Origin: Podarcis tiliguerta
Taxonomy: Eukaryota
Assembly: GCA_965153285.1 (NCBI GenBank)
Contig: OZ229112.1
DNA: 64,000 nucleotides
Strand: one strand, 5' to 3'
Positions 37,638 to 49,779 of this stretch are shown here, one piece after another. The notes below the pieces were generated by a model. The model saw only the letters and a list, made by a program, of their open reading frames with translations. It was not told where the DNA came from and ran no database searches. Within the stretch, counting starts at the first letter, position 1; the number at the start of each line of letters is the position of its first letter. A program made the translations under genes and the position numbers.

Positions 37638-38767
37638 TACTTTCTCAGGCTCAGAGTTAAAGAAACTTTAGCTGATAATATTAGTCTGAAATATTACTAT
37701 GAAACGTATTGTAAGAAACTCAAGTGTACTTAAGCATTAATTCCATCTTATTTTAGAAAAGTGATAGCATAGCAACAGCTGGCACAATCAGGTAATTGTT
37801 TGGTGGAGGAGAAATTGGGTACAAATTAATTAGACTTTTTTTTACTCCTGGCCTCTTGGAACTGGCAGATTCTTCTGCAGCAACAATTGCATGCATACAG
37901 TCCTGATCAATCTTAAGCAGAGCAGATGCACTGGTAAGAAAGGCAAAAAGTAGAACTGTTGGATGATAACCATTGGGGAATTAAGTATCAATGACACCTA
38001 CTTGAATGGAGACAAAATGAGCATCTCACTAAAGTTAATAGTCCCAAGGACATTAAAAAAACATTGCTTGGGAAAATAGTGGTATATTTTTTCATTGCAA
38101 TCATCTAACAAGGGCTCAGAATCCATGTTTTAGGGAATGTAGCAGAATGTCTGCATCCAATACCCTAGCCACTTCTTTTGTTTGTTTTTTGTTTGGAAGC
38201 TTCATTAGTTGTCATTATTGTTAAAGTAAATAATGTTCCTATAAACAATGCAAACAAATGTAGCATCAATTTTTGAGAAAGGGGTATAAGAGGCTTAAAA
38301 TACAGCCTGGACAAGAATGATAGTTTTGACCCTGGGTCCTGTATGTTTAGATCCATAAAGAGTATTTGGAGAGGGACAGCGATTTGCTGTTGTCAGGAAA
38401 AGGGGCATAGGAAGTATTCCTTAATTTTGTAAACAGTTGTCTACCAATTTTTAAGCATTTTACAATTTACAACAGCAGGAAGCACAAAGTTTGGTGGTAA
38501 GATTCCTAACACCAATGCAAGAGGAAACCATTTGATCCTTTGATAGATTAGGAACTCGTTTTCCTTAACTGCACCAGTAGGTAAAGCTAAAAAGCACATG
38601 CCAAGGGGAGAAGCAAGCCAATGTCTTTTTAAGGGGTGGGCAATTGAACCAGGAATAAAGAAATACAATAAAATTTAATGAAGATGAAAATTAAACATAC
38701 ATACACAAATTTGGGTTGCTGCATTCAAAATCCCTGGGGGGAAATAGTATTATTATTATTGGTGTTG

Positions 38768-39021
38768 AGTAAAAGACCCCTGGGTAGTTAAGTCCAGTCA
38801 AATTTGACTATGGGGTACAGCGCTCATCTCCACTTTCAGGCCAAGGGAGCCAGTGTTTGTTCACAGAGAGCTTTTCGGGTCACGTGGCCAGCATGACTAA
38901 ACCGCTTCTGGAGCAACGGAGCACCATGACGGAAGCCAGAGCACACGGAAACACTGTTTACCTTCCCACCACAATGGTACCTACTTATCCACTCACGCTG
39001 GTATGCTTTCAAACTGCTGGG
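38768..39021 (-). mobile_element. Sauria SINE (5'-truncated)
   Basis: gacccctgg..ttaagtccagtc..gcgctcatctc..gggtcacgtggccagcatgactaa..gtttaccttccc..ggtacctacttat. Confidence 0.88.
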
Positions 39022-39590
39022 TGGTAACATTATTTGAAAGATTTGTTTCATTTATAACTATCAGTAACTGGAGAGTTACTAAGAATTCCAAATAGTAGCA
39101 TATTTTACAAGACGAATTTGAACACTGTTATCATCTTTAATATGTAAAATCATTTTTTTTGCCATGTAGTTGAAAAATAATGTTTTTATTTGGCCTTAAT
39201 TTTTCAGCTAATTTTTCAGCAATAGTTATGGACCAGATTTAACTATACCATAAATCCTTATTTAATCCTTCTTAAATATATCCATTTTCTTGTGATAACC
39301 ATCATGACAGCTAACAATGGTGTAGTGCCATGAAGCCACTCTCCTGACAGCGATACCCCTGCCACCTGGGACAGGTGGAAGGGCAGTGAGACCAGTGCTG
39401 TGTTGGTGCACTGCTGGAGCCAACATGGCCCTTCTGCATCCTGTGCCATCCTGCACCCTTGCACCACCCCAGTAAGCAACAGTGATGCTGATGTCAGCAG
39501 TGTGGCTCCATGACAGCACTGCAGCACACCAGCTGCTCCCACTTTTGAACATTTTGTGTGAAAATACCTGAAGATAAATAAAATACTGAC

Positions 39591-39795
39591 CATTGATTGC
39601 TGCACTGAGGTGAAGGTGAAATGTCTGTCATTTGTGAATATACTTCGTCCCCTTCTATCTTATTTTGATGCTCTTTATATGTTAATGGAACACACTTATC
39701 CTTAAAGGTCAACTGGACAGTCAGGTTTTGACTTTCATCTCTAGTTCCAGAATGATCACACGTGGTAGGGTGGTCTTCAAAATTCAGTGTCTTAC
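39591..39795 (-). CDS. ARMC2: ARMC2 exon 5 (divergent linker): (S)KTLNFEDHPTT...PQCSNQ
   Basis: ttgttaaaacag|GT AAG, TG|gtcagt, 205 nt open frame, phase 1-2 fits both neighbours; low sequence conservation. Confidence 0.8.
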
Positions 39796-40373
39796 CTGTT
39801 TTAACAAAATGGTTAAAGTGTTCTTATAAAGGAAACAAACAGAAAGATGTCCTTAAAAGGACAGCTAGTCTTCTGAAATATTATTAGTCACATTGTAATA
39901 ACTGTCCTTGCTAGCTGGCATTAACTAAAATAAGAGAAATCGGTATAAAAGGAACTGATGCAGGCTGGTATTCTTTCCATCAAAGTTTTTTCTAAAGACA
40001 CAGGAACTCCTAATGACATCTTAATTCATAAGAGCTCTTACCTTTCTACTGTATAGAAACTTTTATTCCTAAACTAAGTGAAAATGTTTTATATACTGCA
40101 GCATCAGTAGTAAGATAAGGTTAAAGAAGCACACTCAAATTTAATAGTTTCCCCAAAGCAGTCTCTCTCTAACTTTCTTCCCAAAGGACAAAGCAGTGGA
40201 AATATGCTTTTGTCATGGATGCTATAGCTGAAATAATATTTCTGCACTACAAGGAGCTTGGACTAGATGACCCTCAGGATCCCTTCTAACTCTATGATCC
40301 CACCCCCTTGATTGAGAAGTAATTCCCCTCTACCTTCTTAGATAGTATAGAAATCAAGAACTACATATTGTAT

Positions 40374-40375
<2 letters not shown>

Positions 40376-40407
<32 letters not shown>
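40376..40407. repeat. (TA)n microsatellite
   Basis: Direct read. Confidence 0.97.
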
Positions 40408-40410
<3 letters not shown>

Positions 40411-40939
40411 TGTGCTCCAATCTAACTCCCTGGCATTTCAACCCAAACCCTTCCTTCATACATTCAACTAAATCCTGCCCCCCCCCCCAAAAAAAGGGGA
40501 TCAGTTTTTTTAAAAAAGAAACTATTGAAGATTTTGATGTATCTTCACTACAGTTGTCTGGATCCTTGGTTAGTTCTATTGGTGAAATGGGAGGAAGGTG
40601 ACTTTTGGCGATTCCCCATCCCCCTGCAGCCCTTTACACCCACTGAAAGTCTCTGGAGGGCTCAGGGACTCTCTGGAACAGAGTGGTGGGGCTACAGGAG
40701 GAATTGGTGAAAAACTGCCCTCCCTCCTTTGGATTGTGGGTTCCTCCACTGGACTGAAAGTCTTCCATAGATGGAAGGAACCCATCCATTTGTAGAAGGT
40801 TAATTTATGGACTATCTACACGTGAGGATAGTGGCATGATAGTATTCATGACATTGATTTTGTTAAAATTAAATACCAGGCACATGGGGTGGTGAGGAGA
40901 ATAGTCAGCAGAACAGCAAGGGGGGAGGGGGAAGCATGG

Positions 40940-41093
40940 CTTTCTAAATAGCTCAGTTGGCTAGAGAGGGGTGCTGATGACACCAAGGTTGCAGGTTCGA
41001 TCCCCATATGGGACAGCTGCATATTCCTGCATTGCAGGAAGTTGGACTAGATGACCCTCAAGGTCCCTTCCTACTCTCCAATTCTATGATTTA
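40940..41093 (+). mobile_element. Short tRNA-head / CR1-tail SINE
   Basis: A box TAGCTCAGTTGG, B box GGTTCGATCCC, then CR1 tail gttggactagatgaccctcaaggtcccttcc..attctatgatt. Confidence 0.8.
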
Positions 41094-41421
41094 AGCCTTC
41101 CCTCCCAGCCACAATCTCATTAAAGTCACACAAACACAGCCAAACACAGTAACTGGAGGTCCCCCCTCCACAAAATGCTAATTGCCCAAGCATTTCTGTT
41201 TGGGGTATGTGCGACTTTTAATGAGATTAAACCTCTCCTCCTATGCTGTGAAGCCAATAACTACTGCAGCTCCCCCAGCCTAGCATTTCATTTTAAAAAC
41301 AACACTATTTCTGATCACATCATTAGCATCTTGCACAGTTTGGCTCTTAGGATCCACGCCAATGTATGAAAAGACATTTCACTTGGGATGAACTGCAAAC
41401 TAAATCACTGGACTTTAAGAG

Positions 41422-41592
41422 AAGGGCCATAGCTCAGAAACAGAGCATCTGAAATGCATGTGGAAGTTTTCAAGTTCAATCACTTGGCATCTCCAGGAAG
41501 GGGAGGAAGAGAACCCTGCCTGAAATCCTGGAGAAACAATATAGAGCTAGATGGATCAGTGGTCTGAGTCAGTATAAGGCAGCTCCTAGGAC
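41422..41592 (+). mobile_element. tRNA-derived squamate SINE (Anolis SINE2/Squam2-like), degraded
   Basis: gggccatagctcag..gagcatctg..gttcaatc..ggcatctccagg..gagctagatgga..ctgagtcagtataaggcagct. Confidence 0.75.
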
Positions 41593-41781
41593 TGAAAGCT
41601 AGGGCTGCTGGAGAAGAAAATTTTCTGCATCAGCAGTGAGTTGGACTAGGGGACCTTTGAGATGCCTTCAAACTCTATGACTCTATGAAATCCAATTGCT
41701 CAGTTAGGCTGACTCTAATATATTTTATAATTGAGTTCTTACAAAAGCTTGGTAAAAAGGATTAAATAGAAACATTCTTAC

Positions 41782-41953
41782 TCTCATTGGGAAGTAGTAT
41801 TTTATCTGGGAGAAGGTTTCCATGGGATGCGGTTCTAAACAAACGGGCACGAGCATTGCTGATTCTCCTAATTTCCTCTGAATCTATTGGTGATTTAGGA
41901 GGTGAAATATGATGCTCCTCATTATTCCTGGGTGATGACAGCAACTTTGGCTT
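41782..41953 (-). CDS. ARMC2: ARMC2 exon 4: KPKLLSSPR...IRRISNARARLFRTAS...LPNE
   Basis: gtaacag|AAG (NAGNAG), GAGA|gtaaga, 172 nt. Confidence 0.94.
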
Positions 41954-42611
41954 CTGTTACAAGAAAAGATCTAATTTAACATACATGCACTTGTAAGAAT
42001 CAGAAGATGGAGGTTATTAACATTATGGGTCTTGCCATAATCTATTTATTGACAAATTTCTTCTCATAATAGTTTTCCCTGAGCAAGAAGTTCCACTAAA
42101 CCTAAGCCAGTCTGTTTACTACTTCATCTTATCTTCCTGGTAAATAACAGGAGCTGACTCTGAAGTCTTAAGTGAATTCACAAAGGAACAAATACCCCGA
42201 AGGGTATTCTTGTTACAGACCACTGTAGTGAAATTCCACAAAACTTATTTACACACATTTCCAAAGATGGTTTTGGAAAGAAGGGGGGTGGGTGAAGCAA
42301 GACATGGATGCTTCAGTATCAGCCTTTGTAATTTTACTTCCAATGGATAGGACTAGGGATATGCCACAGTTCCACGAGACTGCAGAAAAAGCACCGAATG
42401 TGGTAGTGGGCACAAATTCACTTTCCTGATAATATAATTGTAAAAAGCAAGTTCCTCCTAAGGAGCCAGAGAGGCAGCTGAAAAATACTTAAGTGATGGA
42501 AAGTGGCCTTAAGTGTCAATCTGCATTAAGTTTGCAAAATGCGGTCTTTCTTGGCACATAATTTTAATGGAGCACAGAATACACAAAGCCCTGCTAAAAG
42601 ATAATACATAC

Positions 42612-42684
42612 ATGGTCCAGTGGGCTTAGACGTGCACAAGAGACAGGCCTTGATTCAACCCATTCAAAGCTGGAAGCATGAAGA
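42612..42684 (-). CDS. ARMC2: ARMC2 exon 3: (S)LHASSFEWVESRPVSCARLSPLDH
   Basis: ttccag|T, CAT|gtatgt, 73 nt. Confidence 0.94.
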
Positions 42685-43368
42685 CTGGAATGAAAAACAG
42701 AACATATTAATTAAATGTGTAGATAACATGTTTTTCTTCACAAAGTACTTTCTATGTGCATACTAATGGAGTGAAAATTCTACCTCCACCAAATTGCTTT
42801 ACTGAAAATTGCTTTTTTGGAATGCAAAAAAAAAAAAAAAAAACCACAGGTTAGAGAAGATGTAAAGAAAATAAAGGGGCTAGTTATATGCCATGGTGCC
42901 TATTCTACTTAATGGCACAAGGCCTTATTCCAAGTCCCCTCTATGCTGGCTACTGAGCAGCTGCAATGGCAATCCATATTGTGATAGCGCTTCTCTTTTA
43001 GAAGCAATTCCTTTGGGAATGTCAAAATCAACAAGAGCAGGAGATGACACATCCAGAAAGCAAATGAGAGGTGCTTCAGCTTCCTACACATTAAACCTAA
43101 TAATAGTTTTGGGTTGACAGTGAATACTTCTTTTCCTTTTAAAGGTTGTCAGAAACACTTCAGTTATTTCTAGCCAAACTTCTTATCAGCTACATCCATA
43201 CAGGAAGCAGGAAGCATGTACTCCCTACCAAAATAGATGGACAATTTTATACCTGCGTTTTTATACTTCTCTAATTCACCTGAATCAATATTGGTGACAG
43301 ACACTTATATTTTATCCCCCATTCACATGGAATATAGGGTTATAGCCATTCCCTCCAAAACCCCATAC

Positions 43369-43586
43369 CTAAAAGCAGAAGGTGGTCTGTTTTCAGGTGT
43401 TCTTGAAGACGCAGATCCAAAAAGCTTCCTTTGCTCCTCCCTTGGTGTGAACGGTCTTTGAGTTCTTAAAATCCTTAGTGTATTTCGTGCTTCATTTATT
43501 ATCTCAGCACTGGTCTTCTGGACAGCTAATGGGGGCTTATAGAAACCTTCTGAATATTCTACATTTTTGTTCTTTGAGGGCTTCAT
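43369..43586 (-). CDS. ARMC2: ARMC2 first coding exon (exon 2): MKPSKNK...QKTSAEIINEARN...RPPSAF
   Basis: ATG at 43586-43584, AG|gtatgg donor, 218 coding nt; likely acceptor ctcttctgcacag| puts the exon start at 43625. Confidence 0.94.
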
Positions 43587-43961
43587 TTTTCTGATAGAAA
43601 TGAGTTTGCAGTAAGTACTCCAACACTGTGCAGAAGAGATAGGAAATATAAAACTTCTAGAAACTTGTTTGCAATGTCAGTATTTCAAGGTTCAGATCAC
43701 ACTCTGATGAACATCTAATCCCTGTGTTTCCCACTGCATTGGTCATTAGTTCATGCTGCTCAGCCATCTGTCTGCACCACAGATTAGCATGGTCAGTCTA
43801 GTCTGCATGGCAGCAGAAGCTATTCTGCTGCAGGATTCTCCAGTGCTGCTTTGTTTCTGCTCTTATTGATATATTTGTGTTACTTCCTGATACAATTAAA
43901 GTAATCAGCAGCACATGCAAGTGCAAATGCACCCTTAAGGCATCAAGACCATTACGAAATA

Positions 43962-44203
43962 CAGTGGTACCTCAGGTTACATATGCTTCAGGTTACATAC
44001 GCTTCAGGTTACAGACTCCGCTAACCCAGAAATATTACCTCGGGTTAAGAACTTTGCTTCAGGAAGAGAACAGAAATTGTGCTCCAGTGGCACGGCAGCA
44101 GCGGGAGGCCCCATAGGCTAAAGTGGTGCTTCAGGTTAAGAACAGTTTCAGGTTGAGAACGGACCTCCGGAACGAATTAAGTTCTTAACCCGAGGTACCA
44201 CTG
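43962..44203. mobile_element. Tc1/mariner (Tigger-like) MITE
   Basis: TA TSD; TIR CAGTGGTACCTCAGGTTA / TAACCCGAGGTACCACTG; internal gcttcaggtt repeats. Confidence 0.93.
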
Positions 44204-44904
44204 TAAAACATTATTTCAGACAATCTCTAAATTCACAGAACCTATGCACAGCACAGCCTTGCCCATCAGATATGGCTGCTTTAAATAAATGCCTTAACAA
44301 TAATAAATTACTGCTTTCAGAATCTAAAATATTTATTTGCAGTGTTATATGCGGCCCATGGTAAGATGTAAGATGAGCTTAATACACACATGAAGGTAAT
44401 ACTTATGTGATGTTGAAGAGGGCATTTTGCCTACGGTGTATTGTTTATATAGGATGACAAGCTGGATATTTTTTGTTTTTTCAGTGCATTTCTGTAGTAA
44501 GGCCTACTGAACATTTTCTTCTTGTTCAGCAAAAAATCCTGAATAAACCAAATTTGAAAAATCCCCTTGGGGTGTTATTGGGAGCTACTGGTATGCATGT
44601 GTGTGGGGTTGTTTTAACAGAGTAGAAGAGCAGTATTTAAACTCTATGGTCTCCTGGAGGACTTCCAACATACATTTAAGGCCATTTTGGAAAGTGTCCT
44701 GGATATTCCATCTGAACTATGTCAGAGTATCTCCTGTGTGATTTTCTAACTTCCGTCAGTATACAATTTATAACTTTACATTTTACAACTTCTACCTGCA
44801 TTATGCATGTGGTAGCTGCATTACTGGGGGACAAAGGCAGGCCAGACACACTCAGCTGATGGGCCAGGTGGTTGTAATCCCACTTTCCCACAACTTTAGA
44901 GCCT

Positions 44905-45700
44905 ATGTCGCCGCTTCAAGCAGTTGGTCCCTTACCTTTCCCGCCCCAACCTGGCCACAGTGATCCATGCGACGGTCATCTCCAGGCTTGACTACTGTAA
45001 TTCGCTCTACGCGGGGCTGCCCTTGAAGCTGACCCAGAAATTCCAGAGGGTGCAGAATGCTGCAGCGAGGCTCCTCACAGGGTCTCTGCCATGGGAACAT
45101 ATTCACCCAGTGCTTTTCAAACTGCACTGGCTCCCGGTAGAGTACAGGGTCAGATTTAAGGTGCTGCTTTTGACCTTTAAAGCCCTTCACAGCTTAGGAC
45201 CCTCGTACCTACGGGACCGCCTCTCCCGGTATGCCCCACGGAGAGCCTCAAGGTCCATAAATAACAACACCCTAGTGGTTCCGGGCCCTAAGGAAGTTAG
45301 ATTGGCTTCAACCAGAGCCAGGGCCTTTTCAACTCTGGCTCCGGCCTGGTGGAACGCTCTGCCTCATGAGACCAGGGTCCTGCAGGATCTGATTTCTTTC
45401 CGCAGGGCCTGTAAGACAGAGTTGTTCCGCCTGGCCTTTGGCTTGGAGCCAATTTGATTCCCTCCCTCCCTCTCTTTCTTTTTTCCTTTCCTTCTCCTCC
45501 TGCGATGAGGCTAAATTTTAATATTTTAATATTTCAATATTTTAATGTTGTATTTTAATTTTGTTTTTAAGTTGTAATCATTCAACTTGTTTTTATTATT
45601 GCTTGTAAGCCACTCTGAGCCCAGCCTTGGCTGGGGAGGGCGGGGTATAAATAAAAATATATTATTATTATTATTAATTATTATTATTATTATTATTATT
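44905..45700 (+). mobile_element. Young 5'-truncated L2-clade LINE (ORF2 C-terminus, 3' UTR, (TTA)n tail) in ARMC2 intron 1
   Basis: Uninterrupted 177-aa frame with SRLDYCNSL, QNAAARL, LHWLP, RAFS..AP..WN.LP motifs; many intact CpGs. Confidence 0.95.
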
Positions 45701-48239
45701 TGGATTAGCCCATTCAAAGATGCAACTTTTGGAACCTGGGAGAGAAAAGCACTCTCAGATAACTCAAGCTTCCTTGCAGTACTGAAGTGCCAATGATGAT
45801 TATCCTGCTGCTTTATTATTAATGGCAAAGAAACAATGGAGAAGTACAGTGAGCACAGAACATCACTTACCAGCGGGAAGGAAGTCACACAAACATATGC
45901 ACAAAAGATACTCACCAAAGGATTCACTGCTATGCACTTTCAGGGCCAAACACAACAGTTTCCTGACTCCATAGAAAACTTCATTAAATAACCATATAAA
46001 CACCCACAAGCTGAAGATGTGGTAAATACTACAATGATGATATCACAGCAGGATCTGAATGATAAAAAGAAAACATTTACTGTCAAAACAAACAAGGCAA
46101 GTTATCAGTGCTATCTAGGGATTGTTCTAATAGAAAATGTAAACCGAAACTACAGCCAAAAAGAACAAACACTAATATCCTACACAAGACAGATCATCAA
46201 CTTAAAAAATGCAAGCTCTAGACAGTCCATATCTCAATGAAAGATTTCTTCCACATTTATGCAGCTTAAGGCAACATGCCAAGTCAATTTCTTTGTAGAT
46301 AACCAACAAAAATCTAACCAGAATATTTATTGTTAATTTGTTGCCTCCTCTGCATAAAAAGGCATGGCAGTTTGACTTCTAGTAAAAACTTCTCAGGACT
46401 TAAGTTTGTATAATGTGCTTCTTTTCAAAGCACTTTTTTTTAAGCACAAACTCCACAGCCATTATTACATTCTTTCAAGGGGTCAAAGCTTCTTACTGAA
46501 CAGTGACTGGGACCTACTTCACACATGCATATACACACTTGATTTCTCTGTACTTGTTTAATGTACACTGGATGACTGGCAGGCGAATGTGGGTTTCTCA
46601 AACAGGTTGATCTGCTATTGTGGCTTTTCTCACTTAAAAATCATTTTAAAAGTTTCTGAGAAACCTTCAACAGAATAGGCTGAAAACAACTGGTCTTAGG
46701 TATGCCAACTGGCCTCTGAAATTCAACATGCGGAAAATGCAGCTGGGAAACTACACATTCATTGAACGCTGAGCAAGCTGGAGGGATTTATTGGCAGGAA
46801 GAACTTCCTGCCAGACCTTTTCAGAACCATAGGCTGTGCCAACAAAGTTTTAAGTCTTTTAAGTTTTTAAGTGTTAAGTTATTATTTCAGTAGTTACACA
46901 GACTTTTCTATAACGGTTAGATGTATGTATGTTTGTATGTATGTATGTGAAAATACAATTCAGTATATGGTAACCCAGTTCACACATCAACCATGGCTCA
47001 GCATGTGGAACCCTGAAGTGAAGATCACAGCATCCAATTCTGCTGCTGCTGTGCTATCTGGGGCTAAGCTATGGTTTGGCTTTGGGCTCATCCATACTGT
47101 CATTTGATGTGGATAGTAAACTTCACATACTTCCATTAATTGTTAGGTATCTCACCAAACTACAATACCCAGGGTTCCTTTGAGGAAGTCATGAGGGTTA
47201 AAATGATGAGTGAACTATACAAATTTTTAGAGTAGATTAACAAACAAACCAATTTTCTAATCTGGAAAATTGCATCAGATTTATTTTTTGTGAGTTGTTT
47301 TTGTTTATGCTTCTTCTATCACAAACTCCAAGCTGGAGTCATGATTTTGGCTTGTAAGTACTAACAATAGGTTATATTTTAATTAAATAAATGCTATAAT
47401 CAAATGATAAATTAAGTTTGAGACAGGAATATAAACAGAAACAAAATCTTTCAGTTTCAATTTCTATTATACTCCCAGTTGCACTGTGAAGTTTTAGAAC
47501 ATCTTAACAATTCCTATGTCGCTGGTCTCAGTCTTTGAAGAATGAGTCATTTCCTTCTACTTTAAAATCCTTACATTTTGCTCTAGAGATATACCATTTA
47601 TTGGATTTTTAATATTTGCTCTCTTTTAATTAAGTAACTGGCAACCTGGGAGACATGAACACATTCTGTACTGCAGCAGAAGCACAGCCCATGACAGGTT
47701 CTAATTAAGTTTCAATCAAATCTCCTTTCGATCTTAAATTGTCTGCCGTACAAGTACATTTATGATGGAGGCGTTGATTGCAGAGCCATAGTCAAGCCTG
47801 CAAACAGACGTTTATTTAAAAAAATTCCTGTCTCCTCACTTACCACATTTTGACCAACTCTGCTCATAATGAAAAAGTTATGATTTATTCTTAGGATATG
47901 GCATAATTCCCTCAAAAATAATAAAACACACATTATTAAAAACATGCTCCTTCAGCATTTGTGTTTTATGTTTTATTTGAATAATGAAGGAGCCACATAT
48001 CCTTAATCTGAATGGCATTCCTACACTGGAAGAACCATCATGTCTTTGAAATAAAGACTAATTTGAATTCTGAGAAGAAAAATAAAAGTTAGCAGTACAT
48101 CAGAGCTACTTTCCCCCCAGTGATTCACAAAGATTAAAAACTCACAAAGAATAGTGCTGATCAGGTCTCAGGAAGGGAATTCAGGAGAGGAAGGAGGAAA
48201 TTTGTTTTTTTTCTGTTGAAGCCCCCCTAAGGCCATTGC

Positions 48240-48389
48240 CAGAGGCATACCTAGGCCCCCTTGCACCCTAGGCAAGGAGTTAATAGTGCTGCCAGCTGGC
48301 CAGAGAGGCGGCCCTACAAGCCTGCTATGATGGCTGAAGGGTGTGATTTATATGTGCCCCCTTGACCTGGGCCCTTGGCAGGGCCAACC

Positions 48390-48429
<40 letters not shown>

Positions 48430-48537
48430 TTATTTATACCCCGCCCATCTGGCTGGGCTTCCCCAGCCACTCTGGGCGGCTTCCCAAAAAATATTAAAAT
48501 ACTGTAATACATCAAACAACACCTAGCTACACCCCTG
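48240..48537. mobile_element. hAT-like MITE with a nested antisense L2 3' end and (AAT)n (48391-48520)
   Basis: cagaggcatacctagg ... cctagctacacccctg; insert (aat)n-ttataccccgcccatctggctggg..ccagccactctgggcggc. Confidence 0.75.
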
Positions 48538-49779
48538 GCTATCTCTGTCTATATAGAACTAGAGGATTTAGGTTTAGGGCTGCCTGCCTAACTTGATTTA
48601 TTCTCAACTCTCTTTTTTTAATAACAGGGGTGAGGATGCTGGAAAATGTTAGGCGTGTCCCTTTCCCCTTTCTTTCATTTTGAAACATACCAGTATAGTC
48701 CAAGTAAGGGAGGTTATTTTAACTCTAAAAGCATACACCACCACCCAATTCTAATCTCCCCATCTTCCAGAATACTTACTTTTTATATATTTTAGTGTTT
48801 TAGTGTATGCCACTCTAATACCCTTAGGGAGAGAGGGATATAAATGGTTTTAAACAAATAAGTTAATAAATAACTATAAACTGCTATTGAGCATGCCCAT
48901 TACTCCTCCTCCTTCCTCTACAAATGGATACCCTTGCATTCCTATATGCTGAAAGCAAACATGTGCTTGTTGCACTGTATTTGGAGTGTGTGTTTTAGAT
49001 TATTACAAACTTCTATATGCATTTTTTAAAAAATTTGGTCACCCAAGCTAAATGAACAGGCACTCAGTTGCCTAAGTTCACAATAAGTGAACCAGGGACC
49101 AATTTAAGATAGCCAGACTACAAAAAAATTATAAGATCATCCTTTTGTCTTCATTTGTCACAGTTTTCCAAACTCTTTTAAATAACAGTTTTCAGGCCTG
49201 GTGTAACTTGAGATATTCAGATTATTCCTGAACCAATCATTGATACTTCAAAGGAATCAGAAGAATCAGTGCAGCTGGCACAACTTCCCCACCACAGTTG
49301 TTTTAAATGAATTTAAATGAATTTACCAGCTGAGGCTTTTCACAACCACCACCCCTGCCTTACACACACACTTCCTGAACAGAAGCAGCCATATACACAT
49401 AGGCTAGACAGTGTGGGATAACTTCAATATAGTTATAACAGGAACTCAGCTGCAAAGAAATACCACGTGATTTAAATAGCTAGGCTCACAATTACTCCTA
49501 TGTTTCTGACCAACACAGCAGCCTTATGCATGTTATATTTTTGCACAGGCAAAATGCAGGACATTTATGTATTTGCTATTCACAACAATTCACACAACAA
49601 GCCGCTTCTAGAGAGAACCGAGTTAGTACCAGCGTGGTTCTTCTTGTCTTTAAGGCTTCATTTACTACATATTTGCCTATTTAACTTTCATATCTTCTAG
49701 GAACAGATGCATTTCTAACAACCACCAGCAAACATCAGTCCCAATCCAAGGCCTGAGTGCAGGTGGGCACCCCTGATGC

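Noticed and set aside
40490-40600. Possible extra ARMC2 exon (ccaatag|AA CTA ACC AAG...)
   Set aside because: No credible donor, abuts a palindromic repeat, and the CDS is already phase-complete without it
40940-41010. tRNA-like sequence
   Set aside because: A/B boxes run straight into a CR1-type tail and the cloverleaf is degenerate; a SINE head, not a tRNA gene
44924-45457. 177-aa ORF as a nested host gene
   Set aside because: L2 retrotransposon ORF2 C-terminus with its own 3' UTR and tail; no start context
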